A stretch of DNA of 63,837 nt, filler included, from Welwitschia mirabilis (taxonomy: Eukaryota): the NCBI GenBank assembly GCA_051453625.1. It is 4 parts of one record of this genome, joined end to end, with 100 filler letters (N's around TTAATTAATTAA, not from the genome) between each part and the next. Parts side by side here need not be neighbours in the genome. Positions count along the whole stretch, not along the records: positions 1 to 19,649 come from JBOZIK010000001.1; positions 19,750 to 41,636 come from JBOZIK010000001.1; 2 more parts are not named here. One strand, written 5' to 3'. The notes beneath the pieces were generated by a model, which was not told where the DNA came from, did not search any database, and saw only the letters and a program-made list of their open reading frames with translations. The position numbers and the translations under genes were made by a program. Below are positions 12,601-25,262 of the stretch, one piece after another. Numbering within the stretch: the first letter of the stretch is position 1; every line of letters begins with the position of its first letter.

Positions 12601-15539
12601 AGAAACCACAAATCTAAGTCAGCTTCTTCACCTTGTTGTCTTTGTGCAAATTGCCCTTAATACTCTTGCAAATCGGAAGATCCCATGTGAATTATATTCG
12701 TCCTTCCAAAATCAATTTCAGAACCTTTAACTAGGCAAAAGGTAAGGCCATTTTCGTGGTGCCTTCCATGGCTCCAACTTACATTGGATAAAACTAGTAA
12801 AAGGCTCTAATTTGGACATCAAATAATTTTACTCCATGTTTAACGGTTGTCATGCCATCTTTGTTTTCTTGGGTCCAACGATGTATCAAGATGACCTGTT
12901 ATGCTAACTTCATCGATTTCACGCCACAGATGGGGAGGTTGAGGTTGATTTCTAATCTTATACCATGCCATGTCTAGTAATATTTTTGGCCCTTGTAGCC
13001 CCTCATCATCTCAGTGGGCTCATCCTCTTATTTCAAACATTCTAGTTTCTTCCCACACTCTATACCTTGAGTTGTGACCATGGCAAGGAAATAGGGATCA
13101 ACATAATGGATGGTGCCTTGTAATATTCAATCTATGAAGGTGTCCCCATTGGATGTATAATGACCAAAGACACCTTTGGCTGGCTTTCACTTGAAAGACT
13201 AACATTAGATCTACGCCTTCAAAGTTAGTTGTTATGCATATAATAATCTAAAAAAGTCTCTCAATAATCTATATAATTAAATGTAAAATATTTTAAAAAT
13301 TAAAATATTAAATTTAATCTTTGCTAGCTATAGTGAGTTGTTCTAGATTTTGACTAACTATTAAGCCCATTATCGTCTTACTTGAATGTAGGGTGGATTA
13401 ATTTCATGACTCGCAAGGTTCAATATAGCTTATGGCTTGACAACATATAGTTAATATCTTTTAAAAACTTAATAGCCTACTTTGGTAATGAACTGTCATC
13501 GAAGGTTACTTTTGCTAACAATTCTTTTAGATTACCCAATTAGCTATTTTATGGATAGACTCTTCTTGGAAGAAGTTACAGAATTAAGGGACAAGGAACA
13601 TGATCCCCAAGGTATATATTGTCCCCTTCTCTAGGAAATCCTTGGCGAGGAAAGTGTTATCTCCCTGAAGTGAACCCTTAGAATACTAATGTTCTTACAT
13701 TCCAAATCCACTCTAGATTTTATTTTACTTTATTTTATTTTTGTTTTGTTTTGGTGCACTAATCAAACCTTTTTTCTTTTTTTCATTGCTTTGGTGCACT
13801 ACTCAAACCTCCCCTTTCTTTAAGGAATCTCCATGCTCTCGCGTTGCCATGGCATTAGATAGAATCAACTTGACTAGGAAATGCAAGGAACATGATGTAA
13901 ATGACTTACACCAGATTTGTGTTAGTCATGGCACACCAAAATCCAATGGTGTAGTCACTTAAATGAAAGCTTTGAAAATCCTAAATGGCTATGTTGAATA
14001 ATATGTCTTAATCATTTGACATATCATTTCATGTTGTAAACTTAATGGTAACAAGGAAATTTGAGAAAGGTATGCTCAAATATTGTATAATGCATAATTT
14101 AGTCATGATAGAATGACTATTCTACGAAGATAAAAGGTACCTTTACATAATAGAATATGAAATCTTAAGTAATACCTTTAAAATATGCACTAAGAGTCAT
14201 ATTCATAAGAGAGGCTAGTGTGGTGATATTGTAATTTGTGGGACACTCATCCTTCATTTTATAAGGTCATGGGCTTTAACCTTTGGATTCCCTATTTAGT
14301 ACATTCTAGAAGAATCTTTGTTTTTCATAAGAATTTTTTGAGTAGTTAAAAATAGAATAAATGTTGTAGTATTAAGATAGATAGAAAGCATAATAAATGC
14401 TTATTTACTAAAACTGGTAAAAATTAGTTAATGTGAAAAGACATTACTTGAATAGTCATAACCTTTAAGTGTCACGCATAAAAATAAAAATTAATAAGAA
14501 TGAAAATAAGAAATAAAGAATAGGAAAGAAATAAGAAATAATAGCAAATAGGGAAAACACAGAAAAAAAGAAAGAAGATGAAGTTAAAGATAGATGGCGT
14601 GATGCAGGAATCTTAAACATGTTTGGATTCCAAACATGGTAGTACCAAATGAGCTACAAGTATGTGAGATCCATCGTCATCATTCGCCTGACAATGAAAG
14701 CATTAACAAATTTATTTAAATTTTAAATGTAATCTTGTATTGCTTAAGAAACACAATACATGTTTGATTTTCTCATTTATGAGTATTATATGTGATCTTC
14801 CCGTAATATGCGTGATGCATACATAGTAGATGCTTTGAGTGTGTTTCGAAATCAACACTTAGTTCGACAACATCACAATAAACCATGAAACATCACATCT
14901 AATAAGGTTTAGTATATATATACATAGCTATGAAGTTTGTAAACTTCCTGCTCGGAATGAGATGAGCATGTAAACAGGGAAGTGGGGTGATAACAAACGT
15001 ACAAAATGATTGCATATGACTTTGCTAAATTGACTATGCATGCTATGTGTTATTGTATATCATTATATATTTTGCACATATAATATATGCATCAATGCGT
15101 ATACACATGCTTCAACCCCTTTATGGCTTACCTTCATCCATTTTTATGGTTTTCTCATTTTTTTCTTCATGTTTTGCACATTTTTATGGATTGTTATTGT
15201 CTTTTGGATTCGCACATACCATGGTTATGTTTGTTTTAGCTAGACTTTATGTTTTATAATAATTATTTTTATCATGGTTTTTAACTAATTCTATCTATGA
15301 ATGTTGTTCAAGTTTTTTGGTGCAAGTACAATATTAGACAATGATGTGCTACATTCTCCTTGCCTTTCCCTTTGTGCATAAGCAAGAAGACATCCACATT
15401 ATCTAAATTAGTAACTAGTTGTTGGTTAATCTTGGCTCTCTCGAGTAACTTGGTCTTGCAACCGTTATTATTTTAAAACCTAATTATATCACTAACCTAG
15501 AGCATGGAGTCAAGCTTCCATATTTAACAACAATCAACA

Positions 15540-16800
15540 ATGAAACTTTTGACGATACAGAAGGCCGTGTCAACAACATTTCCATTGGTTCTTCAAAACA
15601 AGCTCATGAACTTAAGACTGATGCATCCCTTCCTTCGTCACAGGAGCTTGTTAACATTCTTTAGCAAGGTACATTTACAGCCATTTAAGGAACACATTGT
15701 TATACCTCTATCTTTAATGACATGTTTAGACTCCGAATGGATGTTTATGTTAATAATATTATATGGAAGTCTGACCTCATACATCATCATCCTCCACATC
15801 TTGACATTATGTTGAAATGAGCTTTAAAGTACAAGTGTGTTAACTTGAATGAATGTACTCTAGGAGTTGAGACATGTAAAATGTTTCTCTACATTATTTC
15901 TAGAGCATAGCATGCTTGGTAATTCTATAAAAACTCAATAGTCATGATATGATACTCTTTGGTAATCTTAAAGAGCCTTCATGGTTTGGAGTTAAATTGA
16001 TGCAATGTGACATTCCATCAAGCATTTTTTAGATGAGTGTAAATTTTCTTGCAGCTATTAAAGAAGGGTGTAGAGTTTCATTGGGATGGAAATGCTAATA
16101 AGCCTTTAATGACACCAAGAGTACTTAAGCCAATCTCCCAATCTCGCATCCATTTGTTAATGGTGAGATTACATTTAGTTTAGCACCATAAATCATTCCC
16201 TTGTAGCATTATTTGTCATTGTGGTCAAGATAAAATTGATAAGTCCATTATTACATTAATCATACGCTTGTTGCTTATAAGCTAAATTACACAAGCATGG
16301 AGCATTCGTGTCTCTATCATGCCTTTGTATTACAAAATTGAAGACATTAACTCTTCATAACTAGGTGTACGTCATTTGCAAAACAATCTCTGTGGATCCC
16401 TTGACATTGTTACTTTCAACAACACTCACTTTGCTTGATGGCTTTATGCCATTTTGAATTTGTTATGTATCTTCTTTTTCAATGTTCAATAAAGGGCAAG
16501 CACTTGTTACTAAATTGGTTGTGGCTTTGTTTTTCACCGCCAAATCTTGTGCACATGAATTTCGTAAGTACATGTACACTCATCTTTTTGCAATTAGACT
16601 TAGATGGATCCCCTAATGTCAAGCACGCTAGTGCAACTTATGTGTTTTTGATGCTATCACTTAATCATTTGTGGCTATGTAGATCTTCTTCCTGTCACTA
16701 ATAACATGGCTGAATATGAGATGATAGCCAATTGTCTTATGCAAGCATTGGAAGATCTATGGGTTAAAGGCCATTCTTAATTTTATCATCTATCAAAATT
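15540..16800 (+). mobile_element. Highly decayed Ty3/gypsy pol remnant, Tat/Ogre-like (RT, RNase H, additional RNase H)
   Basis: IFNDMFRLRMDVYVNNI (decayed YVDD), EYLSQSPI, YYINHTLVAYKLNYTSMEH, SIKG, LDGS and TNNMAEYE. The last two motifs are typical of the Tat additional RNase H. Confidence 0.7.
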
Positions 16801-17250
16801 TTTATAACTTGTTAACTTAATTGTTAACATTCTGTTATTTATTTGGACATTAACATGTCAGTTCCATAAATGTATCTTCAAGTGTAACAATCATATCCAA
16901 TGAAATTTAGAGATTTCCATCAAGGTGAATAACTTGGCTTTTAATTTAGTACCGTCATAGTTTCCAAACTTTGGGAAGTCATTTATAAGGTTATTAATAA
17001 TTTAGTATTTATATAAATTGATCTAAGAACTCTTTCATACTATATTGTTAATGAATATTGCAAATTCTATTTTTGTTTTTTTAATTTCTTTTTGAAGGTC
17101 TTTTTAAACCATAATTTTTTTTACATAAAATAACATTTTGATTATCATAAAATATCTTTCTTGTAGGTTGAACGCCTTCATGTACACATTGTAATGAATA
17201 ACATAACTATTCCCATTTTCAAGGTATACTGATTACGACCCTATATTTAG

Positions 17251-17461
17251 GACAAGGGCCCTATCTCATTGGTTAAATTTAGTCACTGATTTCCTTGTGG
17301 TTGGGACTTCAAATCCCAAAGGGATGTGTGGGTTGTCCCACCCAAATCCTGCATCATTCTCATGGTGGTGGGCATGAACATAGCCCCATAGGATATGATC
17401 AATGCTTCTGTATGGTGTTGGCATTTCCTACTCGCTTTTGAAAAAAAAAAAGGGGGAAAAA
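17251..17461 (+). mobile_element. tRNA-derived SINE with A-tail and target-site duplication
   Basis: Box A-like TATCTCATTGG (17262), box B-like ACTTCAAATCC (~17307) and A-rich tail 17441-17462. Flanked by GACCCTATATTT (17237) and GACCCTATGTTT (17463). Confidence 0.7.
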
Positions 17462-18759
17462 AGACCCTATGTTTTAAATCTTATAAGATAAGGAAAGTTG
17501 TCGTCTATCCTTTAGTTAAAGTACAAAATTCTATAACTTTAATTGGTTGAGAGAATCTAAATACAATCATATAAGGACAACTTACAAGACCATACATTAA
17601 ACATATTTTAAGATAATCAAACATGAAAACCAGCACGTATTCATCTTGTATCATACATTCTTTGATTGTTTTTATTTCGTTTACATGTGAAAATATTTTA
17701 TAATTAATATACAAAATTGGTTAAGAAAACATGTAATCAAAGATAGATACATGTTTCTTTCATGCTTAACTATATGGAAATATGTTTAGTATATGATCTT
17801 GTTAGTCATCTTTTATTGCTTACATTTAGATTCTCTTAGCCAAATATAGATATATATTATACAAATAAATAAGCAAGTAATAAGCGCCAATTTTTTAATA
17901 TAAATGAATACTGGGGACATCCTAATTCTAATCTCTATAATATGCAACAAAAAATATCTTGGAAATGTAATTTTTCTATTTGCTCATGTATTTCGTCAAT
18001 CAATTCCCACAATATTTATTGATAACGTTGTTTGTCATGTGGCATGATATCCAGCTTATCATCTTTTCTCTTTAGTAATCATATCCTTTCATCTCAAGGC
18101 TTTTTCTCTTATAAATAATTAAAAACTCTTGTTATATTGATTTTGATATATATAAATAAATAAGTGAATCTATTATTCTTTGTTAATCATTGGGGTAAAT
18201 GTTGAACTCAAAACTTTTAGTAACTAGACCACCCTTTAAAAGAATAGCCACCACAATTGCCCAAACGAAAGATATAATTATGCCCAAACTCTTATAACAT
18301 GCCAAGATTCCATAGATCTAAACCCATAACCTCTTACATGAAGGATGAGTATCCTAGTAGTTGGAGCACCATCCCATTAACATTTTTTTTTTTTGGTTGG
18401 TTTTTTGTAAACTAATCTTAAAAACCTTTACCTTAATCATAAAGTAACCCCTGTAGACAAAATAATAACTTATGTTGAAGTGTAAACCATCAATTTTAAC
18501 AATTAACCCTTAAAGATGCCTTATGCATTTCAATATGCTTAGTCTTTAAAGCAAAACTTACAGGTGATAGGTTATGTACTTCATAATGAAAGTAATAAGA
18601 AGCTATGTATTATCCATTATACTAAGAAATACTAGGAAAATCTTATGAAAAGCATTTAAATTATATTTGAAGCATGATGATGCCATAATGCAATAATTAT
18701 AATAGATGCAAATGAAATTACACAATCAAACAAGACACTGGAATGTGTAAGTTTCACAA

Positions 18760-19450
18760 CAATGTATCGAATGGATGAAATAATTCCACACTTGAGGAGA
18801 ATTTAATATTTTAATTATGTAATATGGAAAAATGACATTTTCCTCCCAAATCAATAAAACGAAGAAGCAAACCTTTGTAATGAACCCATGGTAATTTTGT
18901 ATACCAAACATGCCTAATAGACTTAAAATATTTAATTATAAAGTTTAGATCCTGTGCGAAGAACTAAAAATCTTCCAAATTCGAAATTCTGAGGTATGAT
19001 GGAGGCATAAATATTATATTATAAAGTTTGAAGCCTAATTAAAGCAACAAGGAAAAAGAATGAAATAACTACAACATATTCTTCATAGAAAAATGGTATT
19101 GTAAAAAGAAAGAATAGGAACTTACTAAAAATGATCAGATGCATCCTATATAACCTTAGGATTCTAAATTCCTTTGGTTTAAGTGAGTAGACTTAGCCAA
19201 TGATATTCTAAATACGAAACCATTTGTTAGCTTAGAAGGAAGGGTATAAGTCTAAAAATGATCTATTTAGAGTTTGTTCATTGTAATAGATTATTTGGAT
19301 GTCATTATATTTACATACCTATAGAGGAAAAATCCGATTACAAGGTTGCTTACATACTATGATTCACATATTTCAAGGAAAGCATGTGTATCAAATCTAG
19401 GGTATGAAAGGAAGCAAGATAATAATCTTAAGAGATGTTGAATTTGAAAA
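18760..19450 (+). mobile_element. Decayed Ty1/copia integrase fragment
   Basis: NGIVKRKNRNLLKMIRC at ~19090 and LRDVEFEN at ~19430. Confidence 0.6.
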
Positions 19451-19749
19451 CTCACTTAAGCAAAGACTTGTGTAAAATCCCATACTGGTAGAAAAAGGCA
19501 CAGCTTTAAAATCAAATAATTTTCAAGTACACAGAAAGATGATATGTAGAAAAAATAAAAGAGATTGGCCTCAATAAACACGTGTGAGATATGCCGCAGC
19601 CCTAGATTATTGATTCTTAATTCAAATAACACAAACCTTGCTTTCACTTNNNNNNNNNNNNNNNNNNNNNNNNNNNNNNNNNNNNNNNNNNNNTTAATTA
19701 ATTAANNNNNNNNNNNNNNNNNNNNNNNNNNNNNNNNNNNNNNNNNNNN

Positions 19750-22700
19750 AAGAATACTACAGTCTATCCAAAGGAAAAGAAGGAAAAAGACAGGGAATAT
19801 AACCCCTTTCAACACTTTAGTGAGGAAGAGCTCAAAGATACTCAGCAATCCTAGAATCCAATAAACATAGATGAGTCAAATGATGTTGAAGTTCAGATGA
19901 AAGGAAAACCCAATAATAGAATCCTCCGGAAGAGGAAACTACAGAAAACATGGCCAAGAGCTCCCAAGAAACCATTGAAGACACACTGAAAAAGGTTAAA
20001 GGGTATCCAGAAAGGGGCAAAAACAAACCTGATGGATTGCCTTACCTGGAATTGCAGGGGATTAGGGTCCTCCTACAAGAGAAAAACCCTAAGAGATCTG
20101 ATTAGTGAATTTAATATTAAAGTAGNNNNNNNNNNNNNNNNNNNNNNNNNNNNNNNNNNNNNNNNNNNNNNNNNNNNNNNNNNNNNNNNNNNNNNNNNNN
20201 NNNNNNNNNNNNNNNNNNNNNNNNNNNNNNNNNNNNNNNNNNNNNNNNNNNNNNNNNNNNNNNNNNNNNNNNNNNNNNNNNNNNNNNNNNNNNNNNNNNN
20301 NNNNNNNNNNNNNNNNNNNNNNNNNNNNNNNNNNNNNNNNNNNNNNNNNNNNNNNNNNNNNNNNNNNNNNNNNNNNNNNNNNNNNNNNNNNNNNNNNNNN
20401 NNNNNNNNNNNNNNNNNNNNNNNNNNNNNNNNNNNNNNNNNNNNNNNNNNNNNNNNNNNNNNNNNNNNNNNNNNNNNNNNNNNNNNNNNNNNNNNNNNNN
20501 NNNNNNNNNNNNNNNNNNNNNNNNNNNNNNNNNNNNNNNNNNNNNNNNNNNNNNNNNNNNNNNNNNNNNNNNNNNNNNNNNNNNNNNNNNNNNNNNNNNN
20601 NNNNNNNNNNNNNNNNNNNNNNNNNNNNNNNNNNNNNNNNNNNNNNNNNNNNNNNNNNNNNNNNNNNNNNNNNNNNNNNNNNNNNNNNNNNNNNNNNNNN
20701 NNNNNNNNNNNNNNNNNNNNNNNNNNNNNNNNNNNNNNNNNNNNNNNNNNNNNNNNNNNNNNNNNNNNNNNNNNNNNNNACAAAAATGCAAGATGGCATG
20801 AAATTAGAAAACCTTAAACAATAGTGGAATATCTTTACCTCTGCAACACAAGGAAACTTAGGAGGTCTCATAACCCTCGTGAATAAGGAGGCAGAATTAG
20901 TTAACAGCAGCAAACATCATCTAACTATCTATTTAAAGGAAGAAGGATGAACCATAACAAACATTTACAGCCCTTAGAACAACTCGACAAAGCCTCTATC
21001 TTAGAAGATCTTCAGAGGATAGTGGTGGATAAGACTAAGTGNNNNNNNNNNTGGGGGATTTTAATCAATGTCTACATTGCTAGGAGAAAACAAGGGGCGA
21101 AAATTGGAACAATAGAGGAGCTGCAATTCTTAGAGACTTTATGGTGCAGAATGCCCTTTCGGATGTACTGCCTATAGGGTGTAAATACACCTAGTCCAAT
21201 AGAAGGACGCGAGGCAACCAAGTAAGGTTCAAGATAGACTGAATACTCAACAGAAAAAATGTTGTAAATCTCCCAATTGAAGCTTGTGGGCTGAACAAAA
21301 TAGCCTCAGATCACTTATTAAATATAGAATAGGGGTAATAACCCCACCTAGAGCCTCTTTTCAAATGGAACACTATTAGATCACAAGGACAGAAATCAAA
21401 GCGCTAGTCGAAAAGATATGGAGTTAATATAATGACATTCACCCACTCACTTTTCTCTACGGAGGATTAAACACCCTTAAAGCACAAATGAAGGACTGGA
21501 GAAGGAAGGATAAGGAAAGATTTGAATTAAAAAAAGGACCTAGAGGAAGAGTTATAGAGAATTCAAACTGACCAAGAAGACGAAGGAGATTAGGACTACC
21601 TCCAAAGTAAGAAATACCGATGCCTCATAGAACTCCAGGAAATAAATGCAGATGAGGAAAATTACTAGAGGAAAAGATCAAGGATTAAGTGGCTTAAGGA
21701 GGGGGACAGACATACCAAGTTTTTCTTCCAGCAGACCAACTAGCACAAAGCAGATAACAAAATATGGAGGCTCATCATTAAGGAACAGATAGTCGAAGAT
21801 GAAGAGGACATAATGAAGAAAATTCAGACCTACCTCAAGAATACATGAGAGTGGGACAATATCACCCCTGACTTTATTCTAGAAGATAAGAGAATTTCTA
21901 TTAAGGATAACGCTAATCTAACTAAACCCCTAGGCAGAGAAGAAATTTAGTCAGCAGTGAGATCAATAAAGAATAATAGAGCTCTAGGGCCAGATGGTTA
22001 GCCAGTCGAGCTATTCAAGACTTACTTCCCTATTATAGAGGACGACCTTCATGATGTAATGCAGGATATCCTGAATGATAAACGCATCCCCAGGGAAATG
22101 AATAAAATTAGGGTTATCCTCATTTCCAAAAAATGGAATGCCAACAAACTAGAAGACTACAGAGCATTAGGCATCTGCAATGTTCTATACAGGAACTTTG
22201 TAAAAATAACAGTATGCCATATCGCCCCCTTGCTCCCCAAAGTGATCTTTGAGAACCAAGCTGGCTTCATCTGATCCAGGTACATTCAGGGCCAAATTAT
22301 CTTAATCCATGAAATTATTCATTCTATTAAAAAGTACAAATTTCCTTTAATTATTGCTAAATTAGACATAGCAAAGGCTTATGACTCTGTTAGCTAGCAA
22401 GCATTAGGTTGTATTCTTAGAAATACTAGATTTAACTTAGATATCATTAACTTATGGTTAGATATGCAAGATTATACTGAATTCAAAGTAGAAGTTAACA
22501 GCCATAGATCCAAGTCTTTTTTAGTAGGTCAAGGATGAAGGCAAGAGAACCCTTTATCCCCAAATCTTTTTCTATTTGTTATGAATCTCTTATAGGGATT
22601 TCTTAAAAGCAATGGAGTAATAGACATAAAAATAGGAAGTTAAATGTTTATTAACAATCACTATGTTAATGATATAATTATCATGATCAAAGCCTCCTGC

Positions 22701-25262
22701 CAAAAAGAAAGAGCCATCAAGAACTCCATGAATCTCTTTGCAGAAACCATGGGCCTTTGAACTGGAATAAATCTAGAATTCACATTGTGGGCAGAAGCAT
22801 TACCATATGGAGTGATATCACCAGAATGTTAAATATCAAAATGGGAGACCTTCAGGACATCTACTTGGGAATCCCGCTAGGGAATTGACACAAGAGCCTA
22901 ACTTGGAATTACATCCTCGAATCAATCCAGAGACGATGCAACACCTAGCAGAATAAATTTCTTTCTTCCAAAGCAAAGATCATTCTAGCAAATTCTTGCC
23001 TGATATCTTCTTTAAGATACATTACCTTCGTTATCCCTCCTGCCCTCGCCTCAAGAACATTATCGAAAAATCAATAAAATATTGAAGGATTTCATTTGCT
23101 CAAGAGGTAAAGATAGAAATCGCATTCACCTCTGCAAACGGGATATTATAGCTCGTTCTAAGGAGTCAGAAGTTTGGAGAGTTAAAAGGCCAGAAGATTG
23201 TCTTCTCATAGATGTACACCAAGTTCTCAAAAGACTATCCAAGGGAGGGCAGCCTTGGAGTGATCTTATAAATTACAAGTATCCTACTTGAAACAATGAA
23301 GAGAGGGAGTCTTATCTCAGGAAACACCTCTGCGAAGATAGAGGAAACTTGATGGAATTAAAAATTTGTAATGAAGACACCACTAAATAGATTCTTATCA
23401 AAACGTATGGGAAAAATGATGCTTGTAAAAATTTTTGGAAGGGGCAAATTTCATATAAGATTAAGATATTCTATTGGTTAAAGGAACGCAACCGAAGTCT
23501 TGTAAGGGACCAATTACTCAAGCGAGGCTTGCAGGTTGACTCCACCTGCACATGGAGCTCTAAATTAATGATAATTATGATGAGATATTCCAGCCACTGT
23601 AACGTATCTGAGACATGCAAAAAAGATGTGATTCGACTGACTCTGTGGTAGATTTGGCATACACACAATAAATTGATATTCAATAGTACCCCCTCCCATT
23701 CCTTATAAATACAGCTAAGAAGATTAAGTGGTCTCACTTGCAAATCAAGGCAGCTATGGGGACACCTCCAACTATTGAACTAACAGATCCTAGCTTGTTC
23801 GAAGGGTGCCTTGAGCTCTGGGATTAGGTGCAGGATTTAGAATGGAAAGCTCTCTCGCATAAGCTCAAAGGAGAACTGGAGACCAATATTACTACGTTTT
23901 ACAGAAGATGGAGAGGGCAAAGAACTACATTTAGGAGAATCTCCATTTAGATAATAAAAGGCTCTATTTCTCACCTCTTAGACATACCAGTGGCAGGGGA
24001 AATAATTCCCATTAGAAGAAGAGGGTAGTGGAAGGCCTCCCATTTCTTTTCAAGTAGTGCCGCAAAATTGCCTAGTGGCCATATCAGCCGTAAGGTGCTT
24101 ACACCCCCCTAGGGTTTAGAGGTTGAGATAATAGACCACTATTTCATATAATCCGAATGTTGTTTAAAATTGTTAGACCTACATTTTACCTTCCTCAAAG
24201 CTTTAGACCTAGGTCCTCAGGTTAACCTTCATCTCTTCTTTATTCAGGATTTTCAGACTTTACAACGCAAAGACTTAGCAAGATACTCAGGACTAATTAT
24301 GGCTCTCTAGAAGGCTACAAGAGACTAGAGGGCAAGTGAGGCCCCTTCCCCACCCCCCACCCCTCCCTTATTCCCCTTAGTGACATAACTCTCAGGAGAC
24401 TCCTTCCAAGGAAAATCGAAGAGGAGGGTTACAGCTGATGAACCTCTCATCCTGAGGGGGATTCTGAGTCGAGAAGTCCCCACTCTCAAAGAGGGGCAAC
24501 TCTGCCCTAGGAAGTTCAGACAGAAAAGGTGAATTTGCCCCCAAAGCAGGAAGAGATAGTTCAGGAAAATTCCCCAGCTGAGTCCCAAGAACAGGAGCAA
24601 CAGTTCCAAGGTCATGACTAAGAGGCCTCTGAAACAGAGGGTAGCCTTAATCACAATTAGGAGTCGAATTCGCCATCAGGTTTCTTCTTAGAAAAGAGAC
24701 ATCAAGAGCCTCATGAAGATATTGACATGGACCTTGTGAAAAGAGAAGTCTTGTTTGCTATAATCGATCATTTGAAAAGATGCCCTTTTGTGACTTTGGG
24801 AATCTCACACAGATCTCAACTACAAGCTATTAAGTCAAGTTATCAGAAGAAGGCACTCAAATTGCATCCAGACAAGAACCGGGTAGGAGCTGAGGAGTTC
24901 AAGGAAGTAAATCAAATGTTTGAGGTGTTAGTAGATAAAATGGGACAATTCTTGCTTAAGCACCATCATGGCAACTTCTTCCCGATTTGCAAAGGATATT
25001 AATCCCTTATCTTTTCTAGTTATCCTTAATTCAGTTTTAGTTTTTACTAGCTCTTACTTAATCATATTTATTAGGGGCACTATCGTCCCCAGTTTGGCCT
25101 TGTATACAGCAGGTTCCTGTGACTATAGTAAGATAGTTTTCTTTTTGCTAATCAGGTTCTTTTTCCTCTCAAGTCAAGGCGTTTTCACTCTCCTATGTGA
25201 ATTCTCTAGTTTAATATAATACCCGTTTCTCTCGGGGGAGGAAAAAAAAAAGAAAAAGAAAA
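19750..25262 (+). mobile_element. L1-clade LINE (ORF1 end, ORF2 EN-RT-zf-RVT plus C-terminal extension ending in a J-domain), 3' UTR and A-tail
   Basis: ORF2 start MDCLTWNCRGLG (20032); ASDH (~21303); RSRIKWLKEGDRHTKFF (~21680); ALGPDG; YRALGICNVLYR; KLDIAKAYDSVS; RQENPLSPNLF; YVND (~22660); YLGIPL; zf-RVT FWKGQISYKIKIFYW...LW*IWHTHNKLIF (23430-23680). A-rich tail at 25242-25262. Confidence 0.9.
24727..25002 (+). CDS. J-domain (DnaJ/Hsp40-type) coding segment inside the LINE 3' region, probably the C-terminus of ORF2
   Basis: CPFVTLGI...AIKSSYQKKALKLHPDKN..AEEFKEVNQMFEVLVD corresponds to J-domain helices I-III with HPD at 24865-24873. 91 stop-free codons, no intron. Confidence 0.85.
   Translation: MDLVKREVLFAIIDHLKRCPFVTLGISHRSQLQAIKSSYQKKALKLHPDKNRVGAEEFKEVNQMFEVLVDKMGQFLLKHHHGNFFPICKGY

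Noticed and set aside
19694-19705. TTAATTAATTAA palindrome embedded in N runs (also 41681-41692 and 62745-62756)
   Set aside because: An identical all-frame-stop spacer in the middle of gaps is an assembly/scaffolding linker, not biology. Adjacency across these gaps is uncertain.
24727-25002. Stand-alone host DnaJ gene
   Set aside because: No introns or promoter island; the frame continues upstream into LINE-contiguous sequence and is followed by the LINE A-tail. Kept as part of the element, though a transduction origin is not excluded.
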